A DNA stretch of 64,000 nt from Amoebophrya sp. A120 (taxonomy: Eukaryota > Protista > Dinoflagellata): NCBI GenBank assembly GCA_905178155.1, contig CAJINV010000024.1, forward strand, positions 243,964 to 307,963. Direction: 5' to 3'. Below the pieces are notes generated by a model. The model was not told the DNA's origin and did no database searches. It saw only the letters and a list, made by a program, of their open reading frames with translations. The translations under genes and the position numbers were made by a program. Positions 1-13,600 of the stretch are shown here, in pieces. Position 1 is the stretch's first letter. Each line of letters begins with the position of its first letter.

Positions 1-2616
1 TTCTTTCCACGGTTTAGTGAAAGGGTCACTTTTCAGCAACAAAAATTGCTGCTCATCGCTACCTCAACCTCAACACCGACCTGCAGGCAACAGCGCCGCA
101 CACATGCTGCTTTCTACTTCAGTAGTGGCCTGCCCCAAAAGCAGCTTCAAAGCCGAACCGCACCACGTAGTCGCAACAGCGAGGGCTCCATATCCCGCGG
201 TCTCCGGAGCTCCGTGTCCCACAGACGCGGCGTTCGGGGTCGTAAATGGCTCGACTTATCGATGGAACCGAGACCAGCAGGAAAGCAATACGGAAAAGAC
301 TTCCTGATATCCGGTGTCAGGGGGGGGGGGCGAGTCCGCAGCCTTGGTTGTTCCGCCGCCCTCTTGTCTAAAGCGTACCAGAAGATCCAGATCGATTGCA
401 TTCCCCTCCGGTCTGGTCTGGAGTCGATCCATTAAGGCTGCAAGAGGTGTGTCCAGCACTCGTCTGGGTGGCAATTCAAGTCTGCTGCCGCACTCCGGCA
501 CACTCCTCGCAGGCATGGAGCAAATGAACCAAGCGAGCTATCACGACGTCTCATTGTGACAAAACAAGCAGAGGCCATCGTCAAACGAGCTCTGTTCTTT
601 GTGCGGAAAGAAGTGTAAATAAAGTGCCTGCACTCATACGAGGAAAAGTGCCTAAACTCTGCTTCATAAACATGGCGGTGCAGAAAAACCACATGATCAT
701 GTCAGGAATATCTTATACTTGTGATGCTGGGAATAAATGCTGTTCCTCAGGCAGGCAGTAGCAGCCTTGGTTCGTTGACGACCTACAAGAACGCGGCAAA
801 AGTTTAGGTCGTGATGCGTTAAAACTGAACTGCAGCTATGTTTTCGGAACCGAATGGAAATGCTCTACCTTCTACGGGGTGCATTTACATGGTTGCGAAC
901 GACTTTGACGACCGCAGCAGCTGCATTCTGTATATATTCCATTCAACTTTTCTGCCCTCTCCGACTGACCAGGAAGAACTTCTTTACTGACCGTGGGCAA
1001 AGTAAGTGCTTGTGGTTTGCAACATAACGCACAAGTGCGCCTACCGAAGACGAGAGCGAAGACATTACGACGCTGGGAGGCGTGACTAATACAAAAGCTG
1101 CTTCGTAGAGAGGCGTGGCTCAGGCAAAAGTTTCTTCGCCGAGAGACCGAGGGGGACGGCCCACCTACATACTAGCGTGATCGTGGTGCTCAATAGTGCA
1201 CCCGATCTTTAGAGATTTACCGCTACGAAGGACGCAACAAGTGTAGTTCATAGAAATACTATATCGCTCAGATTATGTTGATCTAGCTTCAGCGTTGCAA
1301 TGTGGAACAAGCTGCAGATCGGAACTTGCTTGGATCTCGAGATCACTGTTTTGGGATCTTAGTGAACCAGCTGAGTAAGTTGTGAGAGAAACTTCCTCCT
1401 GACAATGAATCAATCTTGGGCAGAACAACCCGTGTGCGAAACACAGCAAGCGCAGCCTGCTCTTGAGAAGTAAGTAGCGCGAGCCCAAATGCGCGGCTAC
1501 GCAGTTTGTCTCCTTCAAAACACACAATAGCCCGCGGACAAAGCAATCCGCTGCGGGGGGCGGAGTTCGGCGCAGCTGCGATCGCCATCGCAAAGCGCAG
1601 CCGCGGCAGGGCGCCCGGAGCCCGGTCGGGCGGGCGCCGCGGGTTCCCAATCGGGTGGCACTGGCCGCGGCGCCGTTGCTTTGCGCCGGCGGCTTCGTGG
1701 CCAGGCTTGGGCAGCGCCGCTGCTCCGCCTGCACCTTGGCCGCGGCGGCAAAGGCCCCCCGCGGCGTAGTGTAAGAACAATATGCGCGCAGTTTTTCCTG
1801 TAATAATGCCGGCGCCCGCCAAGGCAGAGACTTCTTCCAGACCCTAGATCGGCGAAGACGGTTCGCATCGTGAGAACGCGACCGCCTTTCCGTCGCCATC
1901 CTTCCGCCCGATCTCCTTCAACTCCGCGAGATATGGACACGAATTCAGCACACCCAGAATACAACCTCATGCCAGACAGGAGTGCATGCTTGGCGCACCG
2001 TCGTATCAGAGTGGAAAGTGCCCCCCTCGCTTGCGACTACATGAACATGCACAAAATTGAGCCGTGCTCGAGTCGGTACGGGATAACCAAAGCAACACGC
2101 ACACTATCACTACTTGCATGAACCGACAGCACTTACTAATACTGCTGTCAGCATATCACGTAGCACAGTCCAGCTGTACTTCGACCCACCATGACCACGC
2201 GCCTCGCTTTTGATTTCGCATGATGACCGCTTCGCATTAGACGCAAAAGAAGTGGGGGCAATGCTCATTGCGATATCGTGGCAGCGGTTGTCGCGGCGTC
2301 CTGCGGCATTCTGGGCGACGATGTTGCTTGGCAGGAACTGAGGCACGCGCGGGCTTAGAAGGCATGATCCCGCGCGCGCTTACTATCTCAGTCGCGCTTC
2401 TGCTCTTCGCGACGTGTTCCGGCTCGACGCGCAGCCTGTATTGATGAGTCCAAGGCTGCGCTTGTATTCCGGCTCGACGCGAAGCAGGGCGCGCGCGGCT
2501 CGCCACCACCGGCGACCCGTGGCACTGCTCGGGCAGCGTAAACGCACAATAGCTAGGCTAAGCACTTTTGAATTACTGTGGAATTAGAGTGCGGTGGACG
2601 AATTGCAATGCGGAAC

Positions 2617-2676
2617 CGCTCACCACGACGGAGAACTCGCTCACCACGTCGGAGAACTCGCTCACCACGTCGGAGA
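2617..2676. repeat. 21-bp tandem repeat, about 3 copies (CGCTCACCACGTCGGAGAACT)
   Basis: Directly visible tandem units. Confidence 0.85.
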
Positions 2677-2789
2677 TAGACTTTGCGCGCCCGCACTCGC
2701 GCCCAACTCATCCATGCTAGCGCTGCTCGTGAAAGCTCGTCTACCCGTCGCTCTAAGTCTACCATCTCTCTCATCATGATCACCATCCT

Positions 2790-3160
2790 CAGTAACACGG
2801 CCGCGCCGCCGCGGCAGAGCGCCTCCTGGAAGTGTTCACGCGAAGCGTTGACTCGTGCTTGCGAGGAGCGTCAACAACCGCCTTGGCGGGGCGTTGTGTA
2901 GCGCCGGCAAAGACCGTCGCGCCGCGCTTGCGGAGAGCGTCGCACCACGGCTGCAGAGGGAGCCGAATAGCGCCTTCGAAGAGCGCCGCGGCCGGGAACC
3001 GGATGCCGCCGCGGAGTAGCAAAGCCGGGGGACGCCCGCGAGGGGCGTCGAGCAGCGCCGCGGCGGCACGTCGAACACCACCGCGGCATCACGGCTGGAA
3101 GTGAGCGCGACAAGTGCCGGGAGGCGCTTGCGAGGAGCTCGCCGATGCTAATTTTGGGCG
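2790..3160 (+). repeat. GC-rich dispersed repeat, copy 1 (similar to about 5230-5560)
   Basis: Shared blocks such as CGCCGCCGCGGCAGAGCGCC and AGCAGCGCCGCGGCGGCACGTCGAAC...CATCACGGCTGGA.GTGAGCGCGACAAG. Confidence 0.7.
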
Positions 3161-4849
3161 CGATACCGGTGAGCGCCGCCGCGGCCGCAGTTCCGCCACG
3201 GAAGAAGGCGCTCCGCTTATTTTTCTTTGCCAGAAAATTAGTCTTGATCTCCGCAGAGACATTTTCTCCTTTGCTGTCGCTTTTGGAGACGGCTTGCTTC
3301 ACGCTGATCAGCTCACGCTGCAGCTGTTCGCGGTGTTTCCTCGCTCTGCCAAGAATGAAACCGCGCTGCAGCTCGCGCCGGCGCGGCCCCAACCCGCCGA
3401 AACTGCTACGCAGCCCGTCCTAGACCCGCAACAGAGCCCGTCGTCGCCAGAAAGAAGCGAGAAACGATAGCCGAGGCCTATCAATCTAGGCACGCGCCCG
3501 ACGTACTTATTCAATGTTGGTAATGCGACGATCTACATAGAAATATGAGCACGATAAATTGGAACGCGCACTACTTACTTACAAAGCATTCCTCTACACT
3601 CCGGGACCGCCAGGCGCTTCTCCGCAAAAAGCTGTGTCGCTCCTACGCAGAAGGGCCGTAAACCTGCTCAGTCAATCGCGGGGGAAGCGCGAACTGGCGC
3701 GCACTCACAGAGGAAAAAATCTCACTCTCGCTCCAGTTTTTCTCCCTCTTTCAAAACCGCGGTTTTATTTTTCTTTGCCCTTAAGTACTTCCACCCCGTG
3801 GTCCTCTCCGGGTCTCACTGGACGGCCTCTAGAAGACCACTCTCTCATCAACAGCACAGAAACACCCGGCGCCCAGGCGCATCCGTGTGCGGGCAGACAG
3901 CTACTCTGCGTGCTTTGTTGTCCCCAACACGTCGGAGGTTGTACGACTACAAATGATGCGCATTCTTGCAAGTAAAAAAAGAGGGCACTTCTTACGCACA
4001 CTTTCAGCATCTGGCAGCTCATCTGCCGTCCTCAGTGCCGCCATCTCTACATAGTCGGTGTTGTTTGTACGCAGTTGTAACTAAGTACCATCAGTAGTGC
4101 TAGCGGTTTTTTCTTTCGGCAATATCAAGAAATTGAAAATGTTTTATTTCCATCAACGAAATCGAAAGTTACGCCTGCTTACAAGCTTCGTGTCTGTTGC
4201 TGTGCAATTCGCTGCCCGTGCCGCATCAAGCTACAAGCTTTGTCGCAGTTTTTGATTGCAAACACCGGGCCGGCCGCGCCAAGCGGTGTCCTTGTGCTCG
4301 CAAGCGTCACACCCCACAGCTTCATCCGGAACTCCTTGTTAGAAGGTTGCTGCTAGCTTCTAGTTATGGGGTGGACTGCAAGTGGGACCGCGGGGTTTGA
4401 TTTCCGATGCAACGAAACCCTGAAAGTAATCCGCGAGGGAGAAAAGTGAAAGTTTTTCGCTCGGTCCGGAGGCCGGTCTGTCATGCTAACTTCTGCTAAT
4501 AACCTCCTTGCACAGAACATTCTACGATTGACTTGTGCAGAGAAAGCCTGTGGCCGTGCTACAAGCTACATACCGCAAAAACAAAAGAGAATTCGCAAAC
4601 ATGCGTGTCCTTGATAGATCCGCTTGTGCTCACGGCAAACGGTGGATGGTAGTTCTCACCTCGGTCACGGGTCTGCACAGTGAGGCACACCTCTCCTTTC
4701 TGACGCCGACACTCATCCGTCGCACGGCGTTCGGGCCGAGGCCGTCATCAGTGCTGGCGAGCGATTTGTCCTGCATCCGCAACTTGTGCCAGGCCGCGTC
4801 GCTACCGCCGGGGCAGTGGTTCAGCGTTCTGTGCGAAAAGCGCGCCGGC

Positions 4850-5700
4850 GTGGAACGTAGTAGCAAGATACGCCGAAGGAAAGCCCGGGAACGCGGATCG
4901 GCGGCGCCGTTTCTTTGATGCGGCGCCTCCGGGAAAACGTTCTCTCATGCGGCGCTTCAGGGCGGCGGCGCCCGCTGGCTTTCGACGGCGCCAATACGCT
5001 GCGGCGCTCCAGAAGTCCCGCGCGCGGGGGGCAGCGCCCTGGCGGCATTGGGAAGAGCTTGCGACGAACCCTGAACAGCGGGCCGCGCCGGCAGCGGGCG
5101 TCGAAGAATTCCGCGGCAGAGCTTCGGGCAGCGCCGGCGAGGGGCGTCGGGCAGCGCCGCGGCGGAGCATCGAGGGCGCCCGCGCGGGGCGCCGGGCCGC
5201 GCCGGCGGGGAGCGTCGAACACCGCCCCGGCGGAGCGTCAAACGCCGCCGCGGCAGAGCGCCGGTGAGTGTTCACGAGAAGCATCGAGGAGGCGCGGCGG
5301 GGAAGCGTCGAAAGGCGCGGCGGGAAAGCGTCGAAAACCGTCTTGCGGGGGCGCCGCGCAGCGCCGGAATAGACCGACACGCCGCGCCTGCGACGAGCGT
5401 CGCGCCGTGGCAGCAGACAGCGCCGAATAGCGCCTGCGAAGAGCGCCGGGAACGCCCGCGAGGGGCGCCAAGCAGCGCCGCGGCGGCACGTCGAACGCCA
5501 CCGCAGCATCACGGCTGGACGTGAGCGCGACAAGTTTCGGGAAGCGCTTGCGAGGAGCTCCGCGGGGCAGCGTTGAGCAAGGACGCGGCGGGGCACCGCG
5601 GCGCCGGCAAGAGGCGTTGGGTCGCGGTGGTGCGGGGTAGCGCGCCGCTTTGGGAACGAGCGAGGCGCGGTGGCCACGGCGGAACATAGTCCAGCTGCGG
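4850..5700. repeat. GC-rich degenerate minisatellite-like region, includes copy 2 of the 2790-3160 repeat
   Basis: Recurrent GCGTCGA and CGCCGCGGCGG motifs, e.g. GGCGCGGCGGG(G/A)AAGCGTCGAAA twice at about 5290-5338; overlapping low-complexity ORFs in most frames. Confidence 0.6.
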
Positions 5701-5949
5701 ACGCGCCCTCTGTGTGATCATGCGCCGCCTTACGGTCCGCTAAGTTCAACGTCCCGCACCCCGGTGGTATCCGCACCGCGCGCTCGAAGCGGGTGGGTGG
5801 GGGGGGGGGTCCCAAGGACATATGGTGTGCGGGCTCGCGGCGCACAGACCCAGTGGCCCGGTTGGAGATACTGCTCGGAAGGGACCCACCAAGGCTCCGC
5901 ACACCTATCCACCCAGACAGAGGCTGATCAGTTTAACAAAGGTGGATGC

Positions 5950-6600
5950 TAAAGGTTGGAAAATTTTTCACGTGTCGTAGAAGCTCAAAAAGTCGACGCA
6001 TTTAGTTGAAAATGGATGCAGTCCCTATAGTTTTGCAAGATCTTTTAAGCCCCTGAATCAGATTGCACATGAAGCGCACAAATGTGCACTGTTTTGCGGA
6101 AAGTAAAAAATTCAAAAAATTAGGGATGTGGTGCAGAAGCCGGAGAAGTTGGCTGATTTAGCTGCTATCTGGTGCAATCCCTCTACTTTTACATAATCGC
6201 TTATTCCATTGGATCAGTTTACACCAACGGCAGCAAAAACTTGCACAATTCCGCGAAAATCAAAATAGTAAAAATTGCAGACATGGCGCAGAAGCATGAT
6301 AAATTGGCCAATTTATCTGGAAATCAATGCGCATCATATTGTTGCGCATGATCACTAAGTGCTGTGGAACAGTTTGCCACCAGCATTGATTAATATGGCG
6401 CATTTTTATGAAGTGTAAAAATTCAAAAAATTTGCAATATGGTGTAGAAACCTGAAAAATGCACGAACTAGCCTAATAATGCATATAATCTATATAGTAT
6501 CTTCCAATCTCTTGATCCGCTGGAGCAAATTATAAAATTAGCGAAAGAATATATAGAATTTTATAAGATTAGCGAAATTGAGAAAATCACAGATGTGGTG
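5950..6600. repeat. AT-rich degenerate 156-bp tandem repeat, left part
   Basis: The TGGTGYAGAAGC-like core recurs at 5975, 6131, 6286, 6442 and 6598 (spacing 155-156 bp). Confidence 0.8.
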
Positions 6601-7426
6601 TGTATGAGTCTGGCTGTGTTTTGCGCTACTTCTGTGCCTTAACTATTTGGAAAATAGGTTTGACACTTACAGTAGTACTTGAGCGATCTTTGGGATGCTC
6701 ATATCGGTACTCTGTACTTACTTAGATTCGTTCTTGTGACACAGAAGAGAAGCTACACAAAAAGTACTATTCGGCATCGTGCAGCCTTGTCGTACAACTG
6801 AGAGCCGTACTCTCGATCGGGACTACGAGAGAACCAAATGCTTTTTTCGGGTCGTAGTTGTAGAGCCACTTGCTTCCAACACTACCTTCAAGCATGCGAC
6901 TCTCACCCCCAATCCACAGGTCTTTTTTTCGTTGGCGTAATTCTAGATTACACATCGAAAGCGCCCCTTTGGTGGTATATCCTACAACGCTGAGGACGTT
7001 GCTTGGACTCCTTGTACTTCTGATGTTTTCGCAAGAACGTATCTGATGAAAACCACTTCTATGAGCCCATTGCTCTGCTCTGCGAGCCCGCTGGTGATTC
7101 GCTCTTGTCCGGTGTGTATTGTTCTCTTCTAAGATCCCAAAGCAACCTTATCATGGCTAGTATAACCACCTTTATACTACTAGTTCTCATCTTTAGTGGA
7201 TGGCCTATTCAGTTCTTCAGCTCCGCGACTACATCGCGTAGCGCGCCGCAGCTGAGTGAGAGACAAGAGCGCATACAAGGGGATACGACCTCAGAGAGAG
7301 GCACACACCTGCTTCGAGCAGGCATGTATTCCCGGTTTCCCTCGTGGAAACGCGTGCGTGTACGCAAAAAGCGTCCACCCGATCTAGTGTCGTGTGAAGA
7401 TCTCTCTTCGGTCACAAAAACCGAAA
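6601..7426 (+). repeat. 5' LTR (826 bp)
   Basis: TGTATGAGTC...CACAAAAACCGAAA aligns without gaps to 19718-20543, with about 24 substitutions by manual count. Confidence 0.95.
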
Positions 7427-7427
7427 C

Positions 7428-7445
7428 TGGTAGCGGAGAGAGGTT
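7428..7445 (+). promoter_or_regulatory. Primer-binding site, initiator tRNA-Met type
   Basis: TGGTAGCGGAGAGAGGTT, 1 nt after the LTR. It has the layout of the complement of a eukaryotic tRNAi-Met 3' end (CCA, discriminator, 7-nt acceptor strand, T-stem strand). Confidence 0.85.
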
Positions 7446-7608
7446 GTGCTCTTCACTGACACAACCTACAGCCATCTTCGATGTGTGTTACCAGCCTATC
7501 TTATTCTCAATTAACATTGTTTTTATCTTAATCGCGAGCTTAGCGCTTGCTACATGGGGACTAGGATATACCACAGGGGCGTATGGCTATAGAAAACACA
7601 AAAGAAAC

Positions 7609-10600
7609 ATGAGTTCCGACAAGACGGAGAAGCTTGAGACCGGCGTTCCCGTTTTCTCCGGGAAGCCCCAGGACTTGAGAAAGTACACAAGCCGCGCTCG
7701 ACGTTACCTCCTCGGCCTCAAGAAGAAAGAAGTTTCCTCAGGCATCATTGATCTCCTCAATGTGGTGGAGAAGAACGACTCCGATTTGTACCTCGAGTTC
7801 ATCGACGAGTTACCCGGAGGAGAAGATGACCTCGGCACGCTCACGAGCCTGGAAGACATGATGAAGATCTGGCGCGTGGTGGCGTTTGGAAAAAGCGAAG
7901 AAAAGAACGAGGTCGTGACGAGCTTCAACGCCTTGTTGGACGTGGGTATCAGCAAGAAGAACAAGACCCAGACCAACGCCCGGAAGCTGAACGAGGTGGC
8001 CTCGGACTTCAACTGTGCCGTCGAGTGTCATGGAATTCGTGTCGAAGGCCGTCGTACGTTCCCTGGCGACATGTGCCCGGAATGCAAGATGACGCAGGTG
8101 TACCTTCGCGGTCACGGTCAGGTGGTGAAACGCGACAGCAACGGGAGCCAGGTGGTCGACGGTACTGGCAACAAGGTCATGGTCGATTGCAAGTACAAGG
8201 ACGAGGCGTTGCAATTCTATCCGACCGAATTGCTCAATGACATCCTGAAGGCCTGCATGCTCCTGCGGAAGTACAAACTCGACCCGGAGACCCTGGCTAA
8301 GGTCATGCAGAGCTGTGACATCTTGGACTACGACTCCGTGATCAACTCCCTGGCCATCCAGGACCGTGCTAAGCGAATTTATTCTGCAGGGGGTGCTAGC
8401 AGTGGAACGTCGATTTTTCGGGTCGAAGACACGGAAGAAGAAGATTCCGACTCGGAAGAAGAGTTTCTTGATTCGTACAAGATTTGCGAGGAGGACCTCG
8501 GGCACATGAGCGATGAATTGAAGGACTGCCTGCGCGACATCCTCTTCACTGGAAATCGCGCGACCACCGGCAAGGGACAAAACAATCGCCGCAGCGACCG
8601 TGCGTCCCGGTTCTGGCAGAAGAAGTTCACGAAGGGTGCCCAACGTGCTCTCGGAGGTCGGAAAGGCCGTGGCAAAGGATCCGCGCGACAAGTCGACGGT
8701 GAGGTGTACGCCGTACCGGACTTCAACGGCATCTGCTACGCGTGCAAGCAGCGTGGACACAAAGCGGCGAAGTGTCCGAAGAACAATCCCTCTGTGATTG
8801 CCGCGGTGATTGAAGAGATGAGCGATCATTTTGGAATGGTGTTCTCGGTGTCAGAAGCGAAGCCGGACAGTACCACGACGCCCGCGTCAAGCTCCTCTTC
8901 TTCTTCGTCTACGACAACCACGGGTGGAAAAAAGCATGGAATTGGCCTTGTGGACCTGCGCGAGGAAGCGCCGATGTCGGAACAGGAAAAGGCGGAAGTG
9001 GTATCTAATTTTTCATCAACAAATAAATCCAAATCCAAACATGTCTCTTACGCATATGGTGATGATTTTGAATTAGCTAAATCCCACAAAAAGGAAATCA
9101 AAAATGAACAAGAAATCGAAATCTCAACAAATGCATCCGAAAATGAAATTGAGCCTCCATCTGTAGAAGAATCTCTGGCGCCATCAATTTGTATCAAAGA
9201 ATCGAGCTGCGAACATTTTCGTTCTGTAACATCCAAATTTGCAGAGTCTTGTATTTTCGAAAATCTCTGGGAGAACGAACTTGATTTGATTTGTAATGAA
9301 CTACCTGGCACCAATGTAAATAATGCTGAGCTTGGCACTTCTTACTCGGATGACAAAGATACCTTTTTTGATGCACTGGAAGACGATGTTGAGTTCCGTG
9401 ATGTTCCAACTCGCCGTCGTATCGTTGGACAACGACAGCGGCGTCGCGAAAACGCGACCAAACGAAATGATATCCAAAAGGCTCTTGAGAAACAAAAAGA
9501 TGACGCTCTGTTCCTCGATCCTATTTGGACTCCAAAACGTGAACTCCACGAAAAGGATCGCGCGCGACACAATTGCGTTGAAATTTGTGATGAATTTCAT
9601 GTGCCTCGTGTACTAACTGCTGAGGAAACAGGGATAGAAGTTTCAAACGCGTGCGGTGAATTCAGTAAAAGTCTGAAGATATCTCGAACGATGAGTGCCG
9701 TGCTTCGTGCCGGTGAATCCGATCTCCCTTTGAGCCAAGGGATTCTCGACAGCGGGGCTAGCCTTTGCGTCATAGGAGAACGGCGACTGCTTCAGATTTT
9801 TAAGGAGCTCGAGAAACGCGGAGTTCCACGGCCAAGTATCCTTCCTTCTTCGCGAAAGATGAGATATGCGGGCGGAGGAATTGGGTCGAGCCGCGGGACC
9901 GTCATGTTGCCCGTACAGAATGCTGGTTTTACCGGAACGCTCGCGGTCGAGGTGATCGAGGGTTCCACGCCGCTTTTACTTGGTCTACCAGCGATGCGGA
10001 GCATGAGCGCGGTACTAGATTTTTGTGAAGCTAGAGTGTATGTTTCTAAGCGTAACAAATCTCACATAGTGCAACTTCTCAAACCTTCTGAAAACACCTT
10101 CGCAATTGAAATTTATCCCGAGAAGCTCCTTCGTGGTGCTGAACTCAAGCAACAACAGATTAAAAGCCAAGACCTACCTCGCTTTGTAGGATTCACAGAA
10201 GATTTTGATGCTGAAGAAGAAACAAGTGAAGGAGTACGTGAAAAGGTTGGTGATATTATTAACAGAAGATATGTGCCAGGTGAGTGGAAACTGAAGGTGA
10301 GCAACTATCATCAATTTTGTTCAAAATTGCATAAGGCATTAGGACACAACAGACAGAAAGTAGTTCTTCTGCTAAAACAAGCTTGTGCTCCAAATGATAT
10401 CGTCAAAACCTACGAGAAAATCTGTGACAGTTGTCCTGATTGTGCTCGTTATCAAGCTCATCCTCGGACACACAAAGCGTCAATCTCGAATTTGACAACA
10501 AAGGAAAATGAAATTTGGCATGCTGATTGCATATTTCCCGACTGCGGTGGGCAGAAAGTATGCTTTTACCATTGCGTCGACCGACACGTAGCGGACTCCT

Positions 10601-13600
10601 TCGTGCGGTTCATGGAGCGGATGGACAGTAGCCTGTTTGTCAAAAAGTGCATAGAATCGGGACAATATTTTCATGGCTATCCAACAGAAAAATGGACTAT
10701 GGACTTAGGGTCCAACTTTGTTGCAGAAGAAAGTAAAAAGGCTCTTCGCGAGCTTTGTGCCGAAACGTGCAAAATCGAGTGGGCACCTGCACGATGTGCG
10801 GAAGGAAATAACTATGCAGAAAGAAGAGGCGCATGGGTCAAAAAGCTCATCGAAATTACATATAATCGTTTCAAAGAGGCACTAGGTACTGAGCCTGACT
10901 TTGAAACTATTGGCTTCGAAGTGACTCGGATTATCGAAAGACTTCCAATCGACAAAAGTGGTGAGCAACCTTTTGAAAGAAGATACCAAAAGGCACCATG
11001 CCACTGGTTGCCTGTTGAGACTTTAGATTATGAAAACGGCTACACCACTGCTGAGCTGCAGAAAAACGAAGTCATTAACAGCATTATCAACGAGGCTATT
11101 CAAAAGCTGAAAGCTGAAAGTGTCATTGAGCGGGTCATGAAACATAACGTGCCTCGTGATGGTAGGAAATATGAGGTGGGGGAAAAGGTTCGATGTTTCA
11201 ATAAGCTATCAGGGCGATGGGACCTGCCGGCAACCTACTTAAGCCGAACCTGCGACAAATACGCGACCCTCCAATTCCTTGACCGCAAAGAACCTTCGCA
11301 GTTTAAATCTACCATGGTCAAGCATTGGACAGCGTCAGAAAAAGCGGAGCCACCGGAGGATCTGCAGGTCCATGAAGCTATCTCTACCCATGCTTTTCAA
11401 CAGAAGCAAGATTCGTACTTGCAAAACCATTTCCCTCGAGGAAGCGCTCCCCAGGCTGAAACAAATCTAGAACGCCAACGAATGCTAGAAGATGCGCCTA
11501 CATGTGGTCCCCATGATGACATTGGGAAACTGATAGGCATGATCGAAAACAGCTGGAGATTTCTCCGCCCCAATCAATATTCTCTTGAGTGGGGATACGT
11601 GCAGACGACTCATAACGGACGTGCAGCTTATCGTAATCCAAATCAAAACAAGCCGGTAGAAGACGCAATTAGGGAATTTGCGCGCAGTGAGCTAAATTTT
11701 ACTACCAACGCAATCAGGATTACTAAGAAGCAACACTGTGACAAATTTGCATTACTTAAACGAGACAATGAGCAGAAGCTGTTGGTCGTCAAGCAAGACG
11801 GAACATTTCGGGTGTTGGACTTTTCCTATGGACATCGGAATCAGCATGCTGACGTGAAGGGGGTGCTCCGCAGGTGGCAGTATGACTATTGTATTGCATT
11901 AGGGAGAGACCCAAACCGAACAGCAGCTGGCGCGATACCTGTTCGACCGGTGTTCTGTCGAAGTTGTAACACGAGCCGGAGTGTGCACGCAAATGAGTAT
12001 CATGATATCAAGAGTCAATATCCAAATGGAATTTTGTGTTCCAATTTGCTAGGGTGTAGTTGTCAGATTATCTCTGATCATTCACAAATTTGGAGTCGTG
12101 ATAAAACGATGGCTCGCTACAATAGACGTCAGCTTGAGATGCTGAGCGAAGGAGCCGGAGGAGGCAGTCCACCGCCATCCTCTGACCCACCGCCAACTTC
12201 AAGTAGCAGCAGCTCCGAAAGTGATGATGAAGCAGAATCTGATAGTTCCTTCGAGGAACAACAAGCTCCCGACACCCTCCCTGGACCTTCTGTACGCGGA
12301 GCTGATTACTGGGAACAGGACGGATGCGATTGGATACGACGCCACGTGGTACCCCGTACGACGATGTTTTATCCCACCGATGCCGCTGCGTCACTGCATG
12401 ATCTAGGATGTCAGCGGATCACCACGATGACGTCGTGTGCGACCGGACGGTCCGTCACACATCAAGATTCCTGGGAAGAAAGCGAAGGCGGGAAAAGCGA
12501 GTGGTTCTGGACAGGGGCAACCCGTTTCCAGAAATTGGAAAATCGGTATATTACTGGTCCTACTCGAAAGCGTACTAGAATTGGTCATGTGAATCGTGTT
12601 TCATGCATTTTTGGTGCACTTGATTTTTTTGATGAAGGTGATAAACTGACTAGTGACAATATCAGCGAAATCAAGAACTGGTGCAAATTTAACCATTTTC
12701 ACATTTGGTCAGGGAGATGCATCAAGAAAAATCCTAATCCCCGGCTAACCGCAGGCTGTCTCATCTTAGACCCAAATAATAATGTTGTAATTGGAAAACG
12801 GGATGGCCAAGGATTACATATAGGGGAATACGGGATTACTTTGCACCGGGACGATGAGTGGATTGGCGATCTCCAACATGTGTATCGTATCTCTCATGAA
12901 CAAGAAGTGTATGACCAATATGCATGCCAATTTATCCGGGAACATGGTCGTTTCGTTTCGTGCGATGACTCGAGTGAAGTTGATTTAGATGTGGCATCTG
13001 GTCCACGTGGGCATAATACGATCTACCACGTGATTAGTCCAGAAGTTGCAGATGCTCTTCTGAGATCAGGAGGAGATGATGAAATTCGCAAGGAGTCGTC
13101 GGCTTTAGGCTTCGTGCCGATATTTTTAGTTCAGAAAGAGTTGACGCAGGCTCAAGTAGATCAAGATTTGGTCGACCCTGGATTTGTACAATCTGAACTC
13201 AAGGAGTGGAAATCATTCCTCGCGAATGACTCTCTAGAGGTCATAGACCGTAGTGAAGCTACCAATATGGTCAAGCCTCGCCTCGTTCGTACTTATAAGT
13301 ACGAGGATCCAAATAACTTCGAGTTAATTACAAAAAGAAAAACGCGAGCTATTTTGCAAGGTTTTTCAGATGACCGCCTTCGTAGCGGTTTACTTACTGA
13401 TAGTCCTACAGTGTTACTATCTAATCTCAGGCTAATGATACAATTAGGAGTTCAGAAAAGATGGAATTATCGAGTTTTCGATGTTCCTACTGCTTTCCTT
13501 CGTGGAAAATTAGATCCAGGACGGGTGGAATTCGAACCACCTCCGGTGTTGAGAAAGTTGTTGAACATCGAAAATCAACCGGATAAAATTTGTAGATGCA

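Noticed and set aside
1273-5952. Many overlapping R/A/P/G-rich ORFs, up to 366 aa
   Set aside because: Expected in very GC-rich repetitive DNA, and no recognisable domain.
6600-6604. GTGTA as a canonical 5-bp TSD with the LTR starting TGAGTC
   Set aside because: GTGTA also precedes TGAGTC at the 3' LTR inside the element, and this register would add 2 nt to the otherwise exact 156-bp phase of the host repeat.
7704-8829. 339-aa antisense ORF over gag (and a 304-aa one over ORF D)
   Set aside because: A typical by-product of strong third-position GC bias in the sense frame.
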